From assembly GCA_964585475.1 (NCBI GenBank), contig CAZPDF010000005.1:3323-67322 (forward strand): a stretch of 64,000 nucleotides of DNA, written 5' to 3'. Below are positions 9,518-19,691 of the stretch, one piece after another. The DNA is from an uncultured Candidatus Saccharibacteria bacterium. GTDB taxonomy: Bacteria > Patescibacteriota > Minisyncoccia > Sungbacterales > HO2-52-23. The position numbers and the translations under genes are program-made. The number at the start of each line of letters is the position of its first letter. Positions within the stretch are counted from its first letter, which is position 1. A model generated the notes under the pieces. It did not search any database. It had not been told where the DNA came from and saw only the letters and a program-made list of their open reading frames with translations.

Positions 9518-10747
9518 ATGTCAGAGTTTGATTGGAGGCGTTACACCAAGGCCATAAGCATACTCGTCGCCCTGCTCCTTCTTGGAGCGAGTTTTTTTGG
9601 AGGGGTGTATTTTGGATATCAGAATCGCCCGGCGGTGGAGAAGGTTTTGAGCGTCGCGGGTCAAAATCCGCCTCCGCAGTTCCAGGATGTTGATTTTAAC
9701 CTTTTCTGGGACGTATGGTCACGACTTGAGCAAAAATACGTTGATAAGTCAAAAATAGACCGCCAAAACATGGTTTACGGCGCCGTATCCGGCCTGGTCA
9801 AATCGCTTAAAGACCCCTATAGCGAATTTTTGCCGCCCGCGGAAACAAAACAGTTTCAGGAGGATGTGAGGGGTTCATTTGAGGGCATTGGTGCCGAGAT
9901 CGGGATGCGCAAGGGGATTCTTACGATTGTTGCTCCCTTAAAAGATAGTCCTGCGGAAAGAGCAGGTATCAAGGCCGGGGATAAAGTGCTCAAAATTGAC
10001 GATACGGTGACTGCTGATCTTATGCTGGATGAGGCCGTGCGTCTGATCCGGGGCCTAAAAGGGACAGAGGTGCGGCTTACCATTATCCGAGATTCATTTG
10101 ATAAAACGCAGGAATTCAAGATAATCCGCGATACCATCCGGGTGAAGGTTTTAACAACCGAAACCCGGCCGGAAGGGATATTTATAATAAAGCTGAATCA
10201 TTTTACGGAAAACGCCGCTTTTGAATTCCGCAAAGCGGTTCAGGAATTTTTTAGATCAGATTCCAAAAAAATAGTGCTGGATGTTCGCAATAACCCTGGT
10301 GGATTTTTGCTGGTTTCCGTGGATATCGCGAGTTGGTTCCTGCCGCCTGGAGAAACGGTGGCGCGCGAACGTTTTGCCGATGGCAGTGAGGATATGTACC
10401 GTTCCAGCGGCTATCGCTTGCTTGAAAAAGTCCCCATGGTGGTTTTGATAAACGAGGGGTCGGCGTCCGCATCCGAAATTTTGGCAGGGGCCTTGCGCGA
10501 TACAAAGGGGGTGAAACTCGTAGGGATGAAAACTTTCGGAAAAGGATCGGTGCAGGAGGTTCAGCCGCTTCCGGACGGTGCTTCGCTAAAACTTACCATT
10601 GCTAAGTGGCTGACTCCTAAGGGCGAGGAAATTAATGGAATTGGGCTTGAGCCGGATGTGAAAGTGGAATTGCCTCCGGCCGAGGAGCAGGACCCGAAAA
10701 TAGATCCGGTTTTGGAGAAAGGGATTGAGGTGCTGAAAGGATTATAG
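9518..10747 (+). CDS. ctpA: S41 carboxyl-terminal processing protease with PDZ domain
   Basis: DPYSEF, GIGAEIG, LDVRNNPGG, SASASEI, TFGKGSVQ. Confidence 0.93.
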   Translation: MSEFDWRRYTKAISILVALLLLGASFFGGVYFGYQNRPAVEKVLSVAGQNPPPQFQDVDFNLFWDVWSRLEQKYVDKSKIDRQNMVYGAVSGLVKSLKDPYSEFLPPAETKQFQEDVRGSFEGIGAEIGMRKGILTIVAPLKDSPAERAGIKAGDKVLKIDDTVTADLMLDEAVRLIRGLKGTEVRLTIIRDSFDKTQEFKIIRDTIRVKVLTTETRPEGIFIIKLNHFTENAAFEFRKAVQEFFRSDSKKIVLDVRNNPGGFLLVSVDIASWFLPPGETVARERFADGSEDMYRSSGYRLLEKVPMVVLINEGSASASEILAGALRDTKGVKLVGMKTFGKGSVQEVQPLPDGASLKLTIAKWLTPKGEEINGIGLEPDVKVELPPAEEQDPKIDPVLEKGIEVLKGL

Positions 10748-10909
10748 TTTACGCTGTGTTTCCCTCGACAATATGATTTTGAAACACGATTCGCTCGTCC
10801 AGCGACTCGCTCACTAAGCATCAGGCGCGGCACTCGCCTTCGGCGAGACCATGCTGCCGCGCCTTCTGATTGTTTCAAAATTATATTGCCTCGACCACAG
10901 CGTAACTAT
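10744..10909. repeat. ~165-bp structured palindromic element, paralog of 16214-16350
   Basis: Outer IR tagtt(t)acgctgtg/cacagcgtaacta; inner IR caatatgattttgaaaca/tgtttcaaaattatattg. Confidence 0.75.
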
Positions 10910-10980
10910 TAGTGGTGGTGTGGGGATTGACGAAAATAAAAAAGGCACGCGCTAGGGGCGCATGCCCATGAAGGGTTTTG

Positions 10981-11415
10981 TTAACCGAAGTGCAGTTCCT
11001 CCTCCTGATCTGCTGAAAGGGCCAGCGCGCACTGGAGTCGTTTTTCGTTCAGTGCACGACTGGCGTACAGTCGACCAATGAGTTTCGAAAGCATCAGATG
11101 GCGCAACTGCTTCTCGGAGGTTAGCAGGACAGAGTGCGGATCGTTTCGGCCAGGATCCGTTACCGTAACATCGGAGTTGCACACGATGTGGTGCAGCTCG
11201 ACGAATTTAGGACCTTCCCATGCAACCTCTGCGCTCCACGCTACTTTGAGTCCTTCCGGACCCTCGCAGTGCGGAGCATACGTTGACAGCCGGACGCTGA
11301 ACTGGAGATTGAGTTCTTGCTCCAGTTCATCCAACAGAGCGAGAAGTGTTTCGCGAAACTCCCGGTGTCCGGGATCGTCCCACTGGAAGCGGTGGTTGAA
11401 CTGAACTGTTGCCAT
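10981..11415 (-). CDS. Hypothetical protein (start at MATVQF favoured)
   Basis: ggaggg SD before ATG 11415; own promoter and terminator. Confidence 0.55.
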   Translation of the reverse strand: MATVQFNHRFQWDDPGHREFRETLLALLDELEQELNLQFSVRLSTYAPHCEGPEGLKVAWSAEVAWEGPKFVELHHIVCNSDVTVTDPGRNDPHSVLLTSEKQLRHLMLSKLIGRLYASRALNEKRLQCALALSADQEEELHFG

Positions 11416-11548
11416 TTTTCCCTCCATGCCGCTCATCCTTTGGATTGCGGCTCTGGAATGGGTGAAAGAACGGAATGCCGTCACTGACCGTCCGCTATGA
11501 ACCTTCAGACGGCCTATATAAATTACGCAAACTTATTTATAAAGTCAA

Positions 11549-11821
11549 ATGGAGAAGCGGGTAGAAATTAAAGTAACCGGTTCTGTACAAGGAGTTTTCT
11601 TCCGTACAGGTGTTAAGGTAGAGGCAGAACGTTTTGGCCTTACCGGTTGGGCAAGAAACGAGCCCGATGGTTCGGTACGTATTATGGCAGAAGGCGAAGA
11701 AGAGAATTTGCAAAAGTTAGTGGAGTGGTGTAGAAAGGGAACGGAGTATTCCCATGTGGATAAGGTGGAGGTTGAATGGGGAGAGGCAAAAGGGGAGTTT
11801 TATATCTTTGAGGTTAGGTAA
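11549..11821 (+). CDS. acyP: Acylphosphatase
   Basis: GSVQGVFFR, GWARNEPDGSV. Confidence 0.95.
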   Translation: MEKRVEIKVTGSVQGVFFRTGVKVEAERFGLTGWARNEPDGSVRIMAEGEEENLQKLVEWCRKGTEYSHVDKVEVEWGEAKGEFYIFEVR

Positions 11822-11826
11822 AATAT

Positions 11827-11906
11827 CTTTACGAATTACGAATAAGTATGAAGGTATGAATAAAAATCCAGATTCGTAAATTCGTAGAAATTCGTATTTC
11901 GTAAAG
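11827..11906. repeat. Inverted array of ACGAAT/ATTCGT units
   Basis: ctttacgaa...ttcgtaaag ends; same ends as 32068-32220. Confidence 0.85.
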
Positions 11907-11909
11907 TTC

Positions 11910-12356
11910 ATGAAAATAATTCTTCTCCAAGACATCCCCATATTGGGCAAAAAAAGCGACGTAAGGGACGTGAGCCCCGGCTACGCCCGCAATTTTTTGT
12001 TTCCGCGAGGAATGGCCAAATCAGCAACGGAATTAGCAGTAAAAATGGTTGCAGTGCAGAAAGTCCACGAAGAGCAAGAAAAATCACAAGAATATCAGAA
12101 ATATAAAGCTCTTGTGGATAAATTAAAGTCGCTTGTACTCACTTTTAAAGTTAAACTAGGGACTAAGGGCAGAGCGTTTGGATCGGTAACCGCAGTAAAA
12201 ATTCGAGATGCATTGAAAAAGCAGGGAATTGGAATAGAAAAGGAGTGGGTTCTGCTTGAGGAATTCATTAAGACCGCCGGGGAGCACCAGGTAAAAATAA
12301 AGTTTCCGCACGGCTTAACCGGGGAAGTAAAAATCGTTGTGGAATCGGAGACATGA
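11910..12356 (+). CDS. rplI: 50S ribosomal protein L9
   Basis: MKIILLQD, GYARNFLFP, FGSVT. Confidence 0.97.
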   Translation: MKIILLQDIPILGKKSDVRDVSPGYARNFLFPRGMAKSATELAVKMVAVQKVHEEQEKSQEYQKYKALVDKLKSLVLTFKVKLGTKGRAFGSVTAVKIRDALKKQGIGIEKEWVLLEEFIKTAGEHQVKIKFPHGLTGEVKIVVESET

Positions 12357-13663
12357 TACTTAAAAATGTAGAAAAGGAAATACTTGCCAAACAGAAAAAG
12401 GGAGAATGGATCCTCCCTTTTTATGATAAATTTTGTCTCTCGAACATTCCGGCAACGATTCTGGATCTTTTTTCTTTGTCTGCCCAGCGCTCGCTTCTTC
12501 CGTTTTTTCCGGAAAAATACCGGAAATTGGCCGGAACCAAACATCTCAAAGTAGTTCTTCTCGTTATTGATGCGTTTGGTTATTATGCGTGGCTTCAAGC
12601 GGCCAAAGAAAAATCATTTTATCGCACCATCACTAAGAAAGGAACGCTCCTGCCTTTAACTTCTGTGTTTCCGTCCACAACCACGGCCGGTATCACTTCG
12701 CTTCAAATAGGGCTCACACCCCAAGAACATGCATTTTTTGAATGGCATCTTTATTTGAGGGAACTCGATGAGGTGATATTGTCACTGCCGTTTTCTCCCA
12801 TAAAGCCCAAAGCCCAGGATAAGCTTTTAGAGCGCGGGGTAGATCCTAAAATTATACTGGAATCGCAGGTGGACCGACACATCATTTATAGAAAATTGCG
12901 CAAGGCAGGAATACCTTCGTATGTATTTGCTTCTGAACCGATCGCCAAGAGTGTCTATACTACACGGATTTTCCAGGGCGGCAGCGTCGTGGCCTATAAG
13001 AGATCGTCGGATCTCGTCGTGGCGTTGCGAAAACATTTAATAAACGCGCGCGGCCGGTCATATTTTTATACTTACTGGGACGGCATTGACGGCATGGTGC
13101 ATAAATATGGCCCCAATACCGAAGAGTATCTGGCGGAGGTGAGAAATTTTTCTGTACTTCTGGAAAGAGAATTGTTGGGGAAATTGCCCCCCAAAATAGC
13201 ACGGGATGTGGTAATTTTAGTTACGGCTGACCACGGACATGTACCTATTAGTCCGGCGAGGACCATTTATCTTAATCAATACCGCTGGCTTGTGAAAAAT
13301 TTTGAAAAGAGCAGGCGCAGAAAACCGATTTTGCCTTGCGGAAATCCTCGCGATATATTTTTGCATATTCAGCCGTCGAAACTGCCGGAAGTAATACGTA
13401 AACTTCACCACGTCCTTCAAGGAAAAGCTAAGGTCATAAGAGTTGAGGATGCTATTAGGGAAGGATTTTTCGGCGTAAACTCGGCAGGCAGAAAATTTAG
13501 AGAGCGCGCAGGGAATCTTTTAATCTTGCCTTCCGGGAATAATTCTATTTGGTACGAGCACATTGCGGGGAAGAAACTGGATCATCTCGGTCACCATGGA
13601 GGACTTTTGAAAGAAGAAATGCTGATTTCTTTGGCTATAGCGCGGCTTTCCGATCTGATATAA
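12353..13663 (+). CDS. Alkaline phosphatase / nucleotide pyrophosphatase family protein
   Basis: VIDAFG, SVFPSTT, DGMVHKYGP, TADHG, GHHGG. Confidence 0.9.
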   Translation: MILKNVEKEILAKQKKGEWILPFYDKFCLSNIPATILDLFSLSAQRSLLPFFPEKYRKLAGTKHLKVVLLVIDAFGYYAWLQAAKEKSFYRTITKKGTLLPLTSVFPSTTTAGITSLQIGLTPQEHAFFEWHLYLRELDEVILSLPFSPIKPKAQDKLLERGVDPKIILESQVDRHIIYRKLRKAGIPSYVFASEPIAKSVYTTRIFQGGSVVAYKRSSDLVVALRKHLINARGRSYFYTYWDGIDGMVHKYGPNTEEYLAEVRNFSVLLERELLGKLPPKIARDVVILVTADHGHVPISPARTIYLNQYRWLVKNFEKSRRRKPILPCGNPRDIFLHIQPSKLPEVIRKLHHVLQGKAKVIRVEDAIREGFFGVNSAGRKFRERAGNLLILPSGNNSIWYEHIAGKKLDHLGHHGGLLKEEMLISLAIARLSDLI

Positions 13664-13680
13664 AATAACACCACATAGTT

Positions 13681-13713
13681 ATTTAGAGTTTAGGGTTTAG
13701 AATTTAGAGTTTT
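13681..13713. repeat. Heptamer array (TTTAGRR)x4 directly before pyrG
   Basis: tttagag tttaggg tttagaa tttagag. Confidence 0.75.
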
Positions 13714-15360
13714 ATGTCAAGATACATTTTTGTCTGCGGCGGGGTGATGTCCGGAATCGGAAAAGGAGTGGCTACCGCTTCCATCGGTCGGATTTTAAAA
13801 AGCCGCGGATTCCGGGTTACTGCCGTAAAAATTGATCCTTATTTGAATGTGGATGCAGGCACCATGAACCCCATTGAACACGGGGAAGTTTTTGTTACGG
13901 AAGACGGCATGGAATGCGATCAGGACGTGGGGAATTACGAACGGTTTCTCGGCGAGAATATTCCTAGAGAGAACTATATGACGTCCGGATCGATTTACCA
14001 AACGGTGATTGAGCGGGAGCGGAATTTGGAGTATGACGGGAAGTGTGTGCAGATTGTGCCGCACATCCCGGAAGAAGTTATTAGGAGGCTTGACCGCGCA
14101 AGCAAGAAAGCCAAAGCCGATTTTACGGTGGTAGAGATCGGAGGGACGGTCGGGGAGTACGAGAATATATTATTTCTTGAAGCAGCCCGCATGATGCGTC
14201 TTGCGCGTCCGGGAGAGGTGCTTTTTGTTTTGGTCTCCTACCTGCCTATTCCAAGCATGATTGGCGAGATGAAGACCAAACCGACCCAGCACGCGGTTCG
14301 TGCTATGAACGCTGCGGGGATCCAGCCGGATGTCATTATTGCGCGCTCGGTCGTGCCTATGGACGAGCCGCGGAAGAGAAAATTGGCGGTTTTTTGCAAC
14401 GTATTGGAGGAGGATATAATTTCCGCGCCGGATATTAAGTTCATTTACGAGGTGCCGGTAAATTTTGAAAAGGATGATCTGGGGGATAGGATTTTAATGA
14501 AGCTTGGGTTGCGGGCAAGAAAGCGTGACCTCGGCGAGTGGCGGGAGATGGTCAGGCGCATTAGGCGACTCAAGAAGTCGGTTAAAATAGGCATAGTCGG
14601 AAAATATTTCGGAACGGGCGATTTTATACTTAAGGACTCTTATATTTCGGTGATTGAGGCGGTCAAGCATGCGAGCTGGCATCACGGACGGGCGCCCGAG
14701 ATTCAATGGCTTGATGCGGAAAGTTATGAGAAAAGCGCCAAGGCGCTTGAGGAAATTAAGTCGTTTGACGGCATTATTGTGCCGGGCGGATTTGGGAGTA
14801 GAGGAGTGGAGGGGAAAATCAAAACAATTGAATTTTGCCGCAAAAATAAAATTCCTTTCCTCGGACTTTGCTACGGTTTGCAGCTTGCGGTTATCGAATT
14901 TGCGAGAAACGTCTGTGGACTGCGAGGGGCTCATACCACCGAAGTGAACCCAGAGATAAAATACCCGGTGATTCACACGATGCCGGAACAAATGGTGAAT
15001 ATTCGCGAGAAACATATGGGCGGATCCATGCGGCTCGGGGCATATAAATGTAAATTACGGGAGGGGACTATCGGTTTTCGCGCCTATGGATCAAAGTCAA
15101 TTTCCGAACGGCATCGCCACCGCTATGAAGTTAATAACGAATACCGGCACCGTCTCGAGAAAAAAGGGATGATATTTTCGGGGATTAATCCGGAGCGAAA
15201 CCTTGTAGAAATCGCCGAATTAAAGGATCACCCCTTTTTTCTCGGAACGCAGTTTCATCCAGAATTTAAGTCAAGGCCATTAGAACCTCACCCGGTCTTC
15301 AAAGAGTTTGTTAGGGCCGCAGTAAGCTGCCACAGCAAAAATAACGTACCTCTTAGCTGA
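13714..15360 (+). CDS. pyrG: CTP synthase
   Basis: GGVMSGIGKG, KIDPYLNVDAGTM, GLCYGLQ, QFHPEF. Confidence 0.98.
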   Translation: MSRYIFVCGGVMSGIGKGVATASIGRILKSRGFRVTAVKIDPYLNVDAGTMNPIEHGEVFVTEDGMECDQDVGNYERFLGENIPRENYMTSGSIYQTVIERERNLEYDGKCVQIVPHIPEEVIRRLDRASKKAKADFTVVEIGGTVGEYENILFLEAARMMRLARPGEVLFVLVSYLPIPSMIGEMKTKPTQHAVRAMNAAGIQPDVIIARSVVPMDEPRKRKLAVFCNVLEEDIISAPDIKFIYEVPVNFEKDDLGDRILMKLGLRARKRDLGEWREMVRRIRRLKKSVKIGIVGKYFGTGDFILKDSYISVIEAVKHASWHHGRAPEIQWLDAESYEKSAKALEEIKSFDGIIVPGGFGSRGVEGKIKTIEFCRKNKIPFLGLCYGLQLAVIEFARNVCGLRGAHTTEVNPEIKYPVIHTMPEQMVNIREKHMGGSMRLGAYKCKLREGTIGFRAYGSKSISERHRHRYEVNNEYRHRLEKKGMIFSGINPERNLVEIAELKDHPFFLGTQFHPEFKSRPLEPHPVFKEFVRAAVSCHSKNNVPLS

Positions 15361-15413
15361 AGCTCTCGGGGTATTCTGCCAGAGAATATAAAAACGGGGG
15401 GTGGAAACCCCCT

Positions 15414-15914
15414 TTATTTTTTAGCGCCAGGCGAACCGGATCTTATCAATGGTTTTCGGCATACCGCCCATATAACCAATTCGTATGCCTTGTTATAGTC
15501 TTCCTCGTCCTTTAGTGCAAGTTTAATATGGTTATCCGGATCAATTTCTTTCTCCGCGCCCGGTATGTAAACTATTGCGGCAAAAACATTTAGATTTGAC
15601 TGATCTTGTTCGATCAAGATTTCAGGATCATTTCTCATCCGTTCGACGCCAAAATACTTCCTCAGAAGACTCTTACAAAATTGCTTAAGCTGTTCTTCGG
15701 TTACTCCGGGCCTCCCGATTATAATCAATTTTTTCGGCTCGTAGGTTTCTACTCTTCCGCAGAAAATCCCATTGCACCTTCGTTCATCCGGGACCCAATC
15801 CTCCAGCTTGCTGTCTCTTTCGACTTTATGAAAATCAAAGATAAAAATGCCGCCGCATCCCTCATGTATAGTCGGTTGAGGGGTTCGGCGTGTCTGACCT
15901 TCTTTGGCAGTCAT
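15414..15914 (-). CDS. Hypothetical protein
   Basis: 166-aa ORF directly downstream of rpmA, followed by a terminator hairpin. Confidence 0.55.
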   Translation of the reverse strand: MTAKEGQTRRTPQPTIHEGCGGIFIFDFHKVERDSKLEDWVPDERRCNGIFCGRVETYEPKKLIIIGRPGVTEEQLKQFCKSLLRKYFGVERMRNDPEILIEQDQSNLNVFAAIVYIPGAEKEIDPDNHIKLALKDEEDYNKAYELVIWAVCRKPLIRSGSPGAKK

Positions 15915-15930
15915 TGGCCGATCCCCCGGG

Positions 15931-16209
15931 TCAAGGAGCTACTACATTTACCACCTTAGCATATCGCTTGCTGCCGTCAAAATGCACTTTTCTCTTAGTT
16001 AGAAATTTGACAAAACCCGACTTTAAGGCAAATAATGTGTCATCGCCGCCCCTTTTAACTCCTTGGCCTGGAAAGAATTTTGTACCTCTTTGGCGGATAA
16101 TAATATCGCCGGGTTTTACCCGTTCTCCGTCAAACTTCTTTACGCCTAAGTATTTGGGTTGCGAGTCGCGGCCGTATTTGGCCGCACCTGAAGATTTGGT
16201 ATGTGCCAT
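15931..16209 (-). CDS. rpmA: 50S ribosomal protein L27
   Basis: [30 protein letters not shown]. Confidence 0.98.
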   Translation of the reverse strand: MAHTKSSGAAKYGRDSQPKYLGVKKFDGERVKPGDIIIRQRGTKFFPGQGVKRGGDDTLFALKSGFVKFLTKRKVHFDGSKRYAKVVNVVAP

Positions 16210-16213
16210 TGTT

Positions 16214-16350
16214 GCTCGCCATTATGCTTTTTCGACACGACTCGGTCACTCCTGCGGTGACCTCGCTAAGGGTCGGACAAAATTTTCATGCTGCGGTATG
16301 AAACCAAGCAATTTTGTCCTCCCATTGTCTCAAAAGCACAATGCGCTCGC
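16214..16350. repeat. Structured palindromic element in the rpmA leader, paralog of 10744-10909
   Basis: cattatgcttttt..acacgactcg / tgtctcaaaagcacaatg. Confidence 0.7.
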
Positions 16351-16423
16351 TGTTAGATTTTCTTAGTGTAGACCCCAGGATACTCTTTATATTTATAAGT
16401 TTTTCTCCGCAAAATAGAGAGGG

Positions 16424-16852
16424 GTGCCATACATTATGATTATGCTATACGAATACCTCCAAAAAGTCAAATCCTTTATTTCGGCCAATAAATCCGACCT
16501 CTACGTTGCGGCTATTATCTTTTTGGTCGGCCTTTCCAGTTTCGGCTTGGGGCGCCTTTCGGTTTTGTGGCCCACGAAAGAACCAATTAGAATTGAGAAT
16601 CTAGAATCTGGAGTACAGGATCTAGAAAAATCAACATCTGACGGTAACACCGATAACCCATCATTAAATTCTAAATCCCAAATTCTAAATTCTGGTGGCA
16701 AGTACGTTGCGTCCAAAAACGGCACGGCGTATCATTATCCGTGGTGTTCGGGAGCTTTAAGGATTAAGGAAGAAAATAAAATCTGGTTTGAAACCAAAGA
16801 AGCGGCGGAAAAAGCCGGATATAAGCCGGCAGGGAATTGCGAGGGATTATAG
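16424..16852 (+). CDS. Membrane-anchored protein with C-terminal Ada-like metal-binding domain
   Basis: YVASKNGTAYHYPWC...IWF...AGYKPAGNC; linker derived from heptamer arrays. Confidence 0.8.
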   Translation: MPYIMIMLYEYLQKVKSFISANKSDLYVAAIIFLVGLSSFGLGRLSVLWPTKEPIRIENLESGVQDLEKSTSDGNTDNPSLNSKSQILNSGGKYVASKNGTAYHYPWCSGALRIKEENKIWFETKEAAEKAGYKPAGNCEGL

Positions 16853-16943
16853 CCGTTTTCTAATCAATAGCTTGACCTTTTGTTGGTGATTTGATATATT
16901 CTACTTGTTCATTAAAACCTAAAACATAGTAGGAGGGTGAGAA

Positions 16944-17276
16944 ATGGACGAACTCAGTCGTACTATTATCTTTATGACTGGTAGCCCCATCGTGGTTATG
17001 GCCATTCTATTCGGAATTTTCTTTTGGAAGACCAGAAAAGAAGGGTCCGGAATTAGCGAAAAAAGACTCTGGCAAGTAGTTGTGAAAGGGTATGTCGATC
17101 CACGGAATAACAGTCCCCTGAAAAGTATTTACTGCCACGCAGAAGACGAGGGACAGGTTTGGCGGATATTTGCGAACGAATGGATGGAGGATAGTATCGT
17201 GGCAGTAAGCGAGGTAGCCGCAGTTCCAAAGGATGGCTACTACTGGAATTACTGGGCTCACGCGGGTTCACAGTAG
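16944..17276 (+). CDS. Hypothetical membrane-anchored protein
   Basis: ttgacc promoter, aggaggg SD, terminator at ~17293-17328. Confidence 0.6.
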   Translation: MDELSRTIIFMTGSPIVVMAILFGIFFWKTRKEGSGISEKRLWQVVVKGYVDPRNNSPLKSIYCHAEDEGQVWRIFANEWMEDSIVAVSEVAAVPKDGYYWNYWAHAGSQ

Positions 17277-17400
17277 GTATAACTAACATATCAGCCGGAG
17301 AAACAGAATCATCTTCCGGCTATTTTATTTCTTCCTCCGGTTGCTTATATAAGCAGACAGTGCTATTTTTATATTATCTTTCCTGAAAGGATATGCCGAT

Positions 17401-17745
17401 ATGGACCTTGAAAACCTTGTGCAGAGACTGGCATCCAAGATCAGGCCGGGAACTCTTTTAACCATCGTCACGAGTGATCTCGGAGTAAATTTATGCCTTG
17501 ATGATAACGGACATTGGCATGAGTGTTTTAGCACCGTTGATAAAAATCTAGAAAACGACCCGATTGAAACAATCTTAATGATCCTGGTTGCCATGAAGGG
17601 CTATGTCATGCCGAGTCGCAGCAAAGATGTTGATCCTCTTATCTTCCCAAAGCAAATAGAATATTATATAGAATCAAACAAGCAAAAACTGATTGCTGAA
17701 CTGATGACGGCTTTAAATCATGCTGATCAAGCGCTCACTTCTTAA
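17401..17745 (+). CDS. Hypothetical protein
   Basis: 114-aa ORF convergent on the nuclease gene. Confidence 0.5.
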   Translation: MDLENLVQRLASKIRPGTLLTIVTSDLGVNLCLDDNGHWHECFSTVDKNLENDPIETILMILVAMKGYVMPSRSKDVDPLIFPKQIEYYIESNKQKLIAELMTALNHADQALTS

Positions 17746-18971
17746 AGGGGCGTTTTTTCTTGACGAGACGGTTCCTTTATACGTTTTATAGAAGCACTTA
17801 ATATGGCATATTCTTTGGAAACGGTACGGGTATTCTCAACAATTAGCCGGGTTTCTTCCGGAATTTCTTTGAGAACACGCCGCAATTTCATCTCGTCAGC
17901 CCTCAGAATCTCCTCCCATTTTCCGATAGGGGAGAGGAGAGATTTTACTTTATCCCAGTCATAGTCATAGCGCTGGACAGTTTTTTTGGAAATCATGCCT
18001 TCCTCGCCGAAAACCCGCGTGAGCCCTTCCTTTCCCATATATTCCTTAATCTGCCCTTGAAGTTCTCCCATCCGCGCCTCATTCCGCTGTTCCGACTTTT
18101 TCAGTTCAAAATACTCTTTTATCGCGGCTTCGATCTGGTCTTTGGTTACTGTATCTTGATTATCGGTTTTTCGATAAAGATGGCGCCACGCGGGACAAAT
18201 GGGTTTAAATGCACACCAATCGCATAAAGGCCCGGGCATCGGCTCGAATTCCTTACCTTCATGGATTTTCTTCTGAATTTCAGTAATGGTTTTTAAAACA
18301 TGCTCTTTGGTTTTTTCCGTGGTTTCGGTGGTAGGCCGAGTGCTTAATTTTTCTCCGTGTTTCAAAAAATAAAGGGAGAGCTTGATGTCTTCCGGTTTCA
18401 AATGCGGCCAGCGTTTTTGCAGCCCGAGCGAATAAAGGGAAAGCTGAAGATCGCGGTTTAGCGCATCCTGCGAGGGCATGCGTTTTGAGGTTTTATAATC
18501 AATAATTTCGTACGTATCATCGGAAAGTTTGTCGATGCGATCAATTACGCCCGCCAAAATATGCGTCTCCCCGGTTTTTTCATCAGAGATTGCGACCTCA
18601 AAACGCGATTCAAGATCAACTATGGTGAAATTCCAAGGAGCGTTTCTCTCATAAAACTTTTTCAGCATCCGTACGCCTTCTTCAAAATAGGCCCTTTCTT
18701 CGGTTTCGGTCCAGGTACGTTTGAGCGGATCGTTCTTTGATTCTTGTTCGAAAACTTCGCGTGCGGGCCAATTCTCCCGAAAGTATCCGATTACTTCATC
18801 CAGAGTAGGGAAGAGGGGATCACGCTTAAACATGAATTTGAGCGTCTGGTGGATCAGAGTGCCAAAAATCGCCTCGCGTCCTTTGGGAGTGCGAATTCGA
18901 TCAATTTCCTGGAATTTATATTTTTGCGGGCACTGAAGATAGGTGCCTATTGACGAATAGGAGGTGCGCAT
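17742..18971 (-). CDS. PD-(D/E)XK nuclease, RecB/AddB/Cas4-like, with Fe-S cysteines
   Basis: SYSSI..YLQCP, GVIDRID, IIDYKT, QLSLY, CDWC...C. Confidence 0.88.
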   Translation of the reverse strand: MRTSYSSIGTYLQCPQKYKFQEIDRIRTPKGREAIFGTLIHQTLKFMFKRDPLFPTLDEVIGYFRENWPAREVFEQESKNDPLKRTWTETEERAYFEEGVRMLKKFYERNAPWNFTIVDLESRFEVAISDEKTGETHILAGVIDRIDKLSDDTYEIIDYKTSKRMPSQDALNRDLQLSLYSLGLQKRWPHLKPEDIKLSLYFLKHGEKLSTRPTTETTEKTKEHVLKTITEIQKKIHEGKEFEPMPGPLCDWCAFKPICPAWRHLYRKTDNQDTVTKDQIEAAIKEYFELKKSEQRNEARMGELQGQIKEYMGKEGLTRVFGEEGMISKKTVQRYDYDWDKVKSLLSPIGKWEEILRADEMKLRRVLKEIPEETRLIVENTRTVSKEYAILSASIKRIKEPSRQEKTPL

Positions 18972-19025
18972 GATACTACTTACTTTAGCTTAGCAAAAAT
19001 TCTTTCACAAGATGGAGGAGGATGC

Positions 19026-19691
19026 GTGAGGGAAGCAGAGAGGAGAAGTAGCTCTTTATATATAATCTGTGAAGCAAAAGATACGGGTCGGCCGCTTTCT
19101 GTTATTGGACTTACCCCAGATGCATTTCCGCAGGACTATTCCGCTATAGACAGGGCAGTTGCTTTAGAAAATTTTTGCGCCGGTGCCGAGCACCCGCAAA
19201 AGGTTTTGACCCATACGAATACAGTGCCTTATGCCATCCGCGATGAGGGGATAGAGAAGGTGTATGTTAATTCTTTGCGGGCTTTTGCAAAGTTAATCAA
19301 GCAGTTCTCTGCCGAAGGATGGGTTTTTCAAAAAGGCCGTAATGAGTCTCGGCAATGGAAAGATCAATTAGGAATTAATAGAGATTGGGGCGAGAGACTC
19401 GGTTTTTGGGATAGTTTCAGCGATAAGGTCGTTGGCATCGTGGAGAGGCATCCAGCCGCCGTAGCTATAGTAGCCATCCCGGTAGCGTTAATGCTGGGCA
19501 TTATTGCTCTGGGGGTCGTTGTGGCCTTTGGCGTGATTGCCTTTATAGCCACCGTCGCTTTAATTGCAGTCGTTCTTGCAGGGATCGTAGCCCTTTTTCT
19601 TGCAGTCATGGTTTTGGAAAGCGCGAGCGTGGTAAGAGTGTCCTGGAAGAAATTACTGCGGGGGGCTAGAGGCAAATGGTCAACATTATAG
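19026..19691 (+). CDS. Hypothetical membrane protein
   Basis: aggagg SD; long C-terminal hydrophobic stretch. Confidence 0.55.
   Translation: MREAERRSSSLYIICEAKDTGRPLSVIGLTPDAFPQDYSAIDRAVALENFCAGAEHPQKVLTHTNTVPYAIRDEGIEKVYVNSLRAFAKLIKQFSAEGWVFQKGRNESRQWKDQLGINRDWGERLGFWDSFSDKVVGIVERHPAAVAIVAIPVALMLGIIALGVVVAFGVIAFIATVALIAVVLAGIVALFLAVMVLESASVVRVSWKKLLRGARGKWSTL

Noticed and set aside
11755-12121. DnaA boxes in acyP and rplI suggesting oriC
   Set aside because: Both TGTGGATAA matches coincide with Val-Asp-Lys codons; there is no cluster or AT-rich unwinding element.
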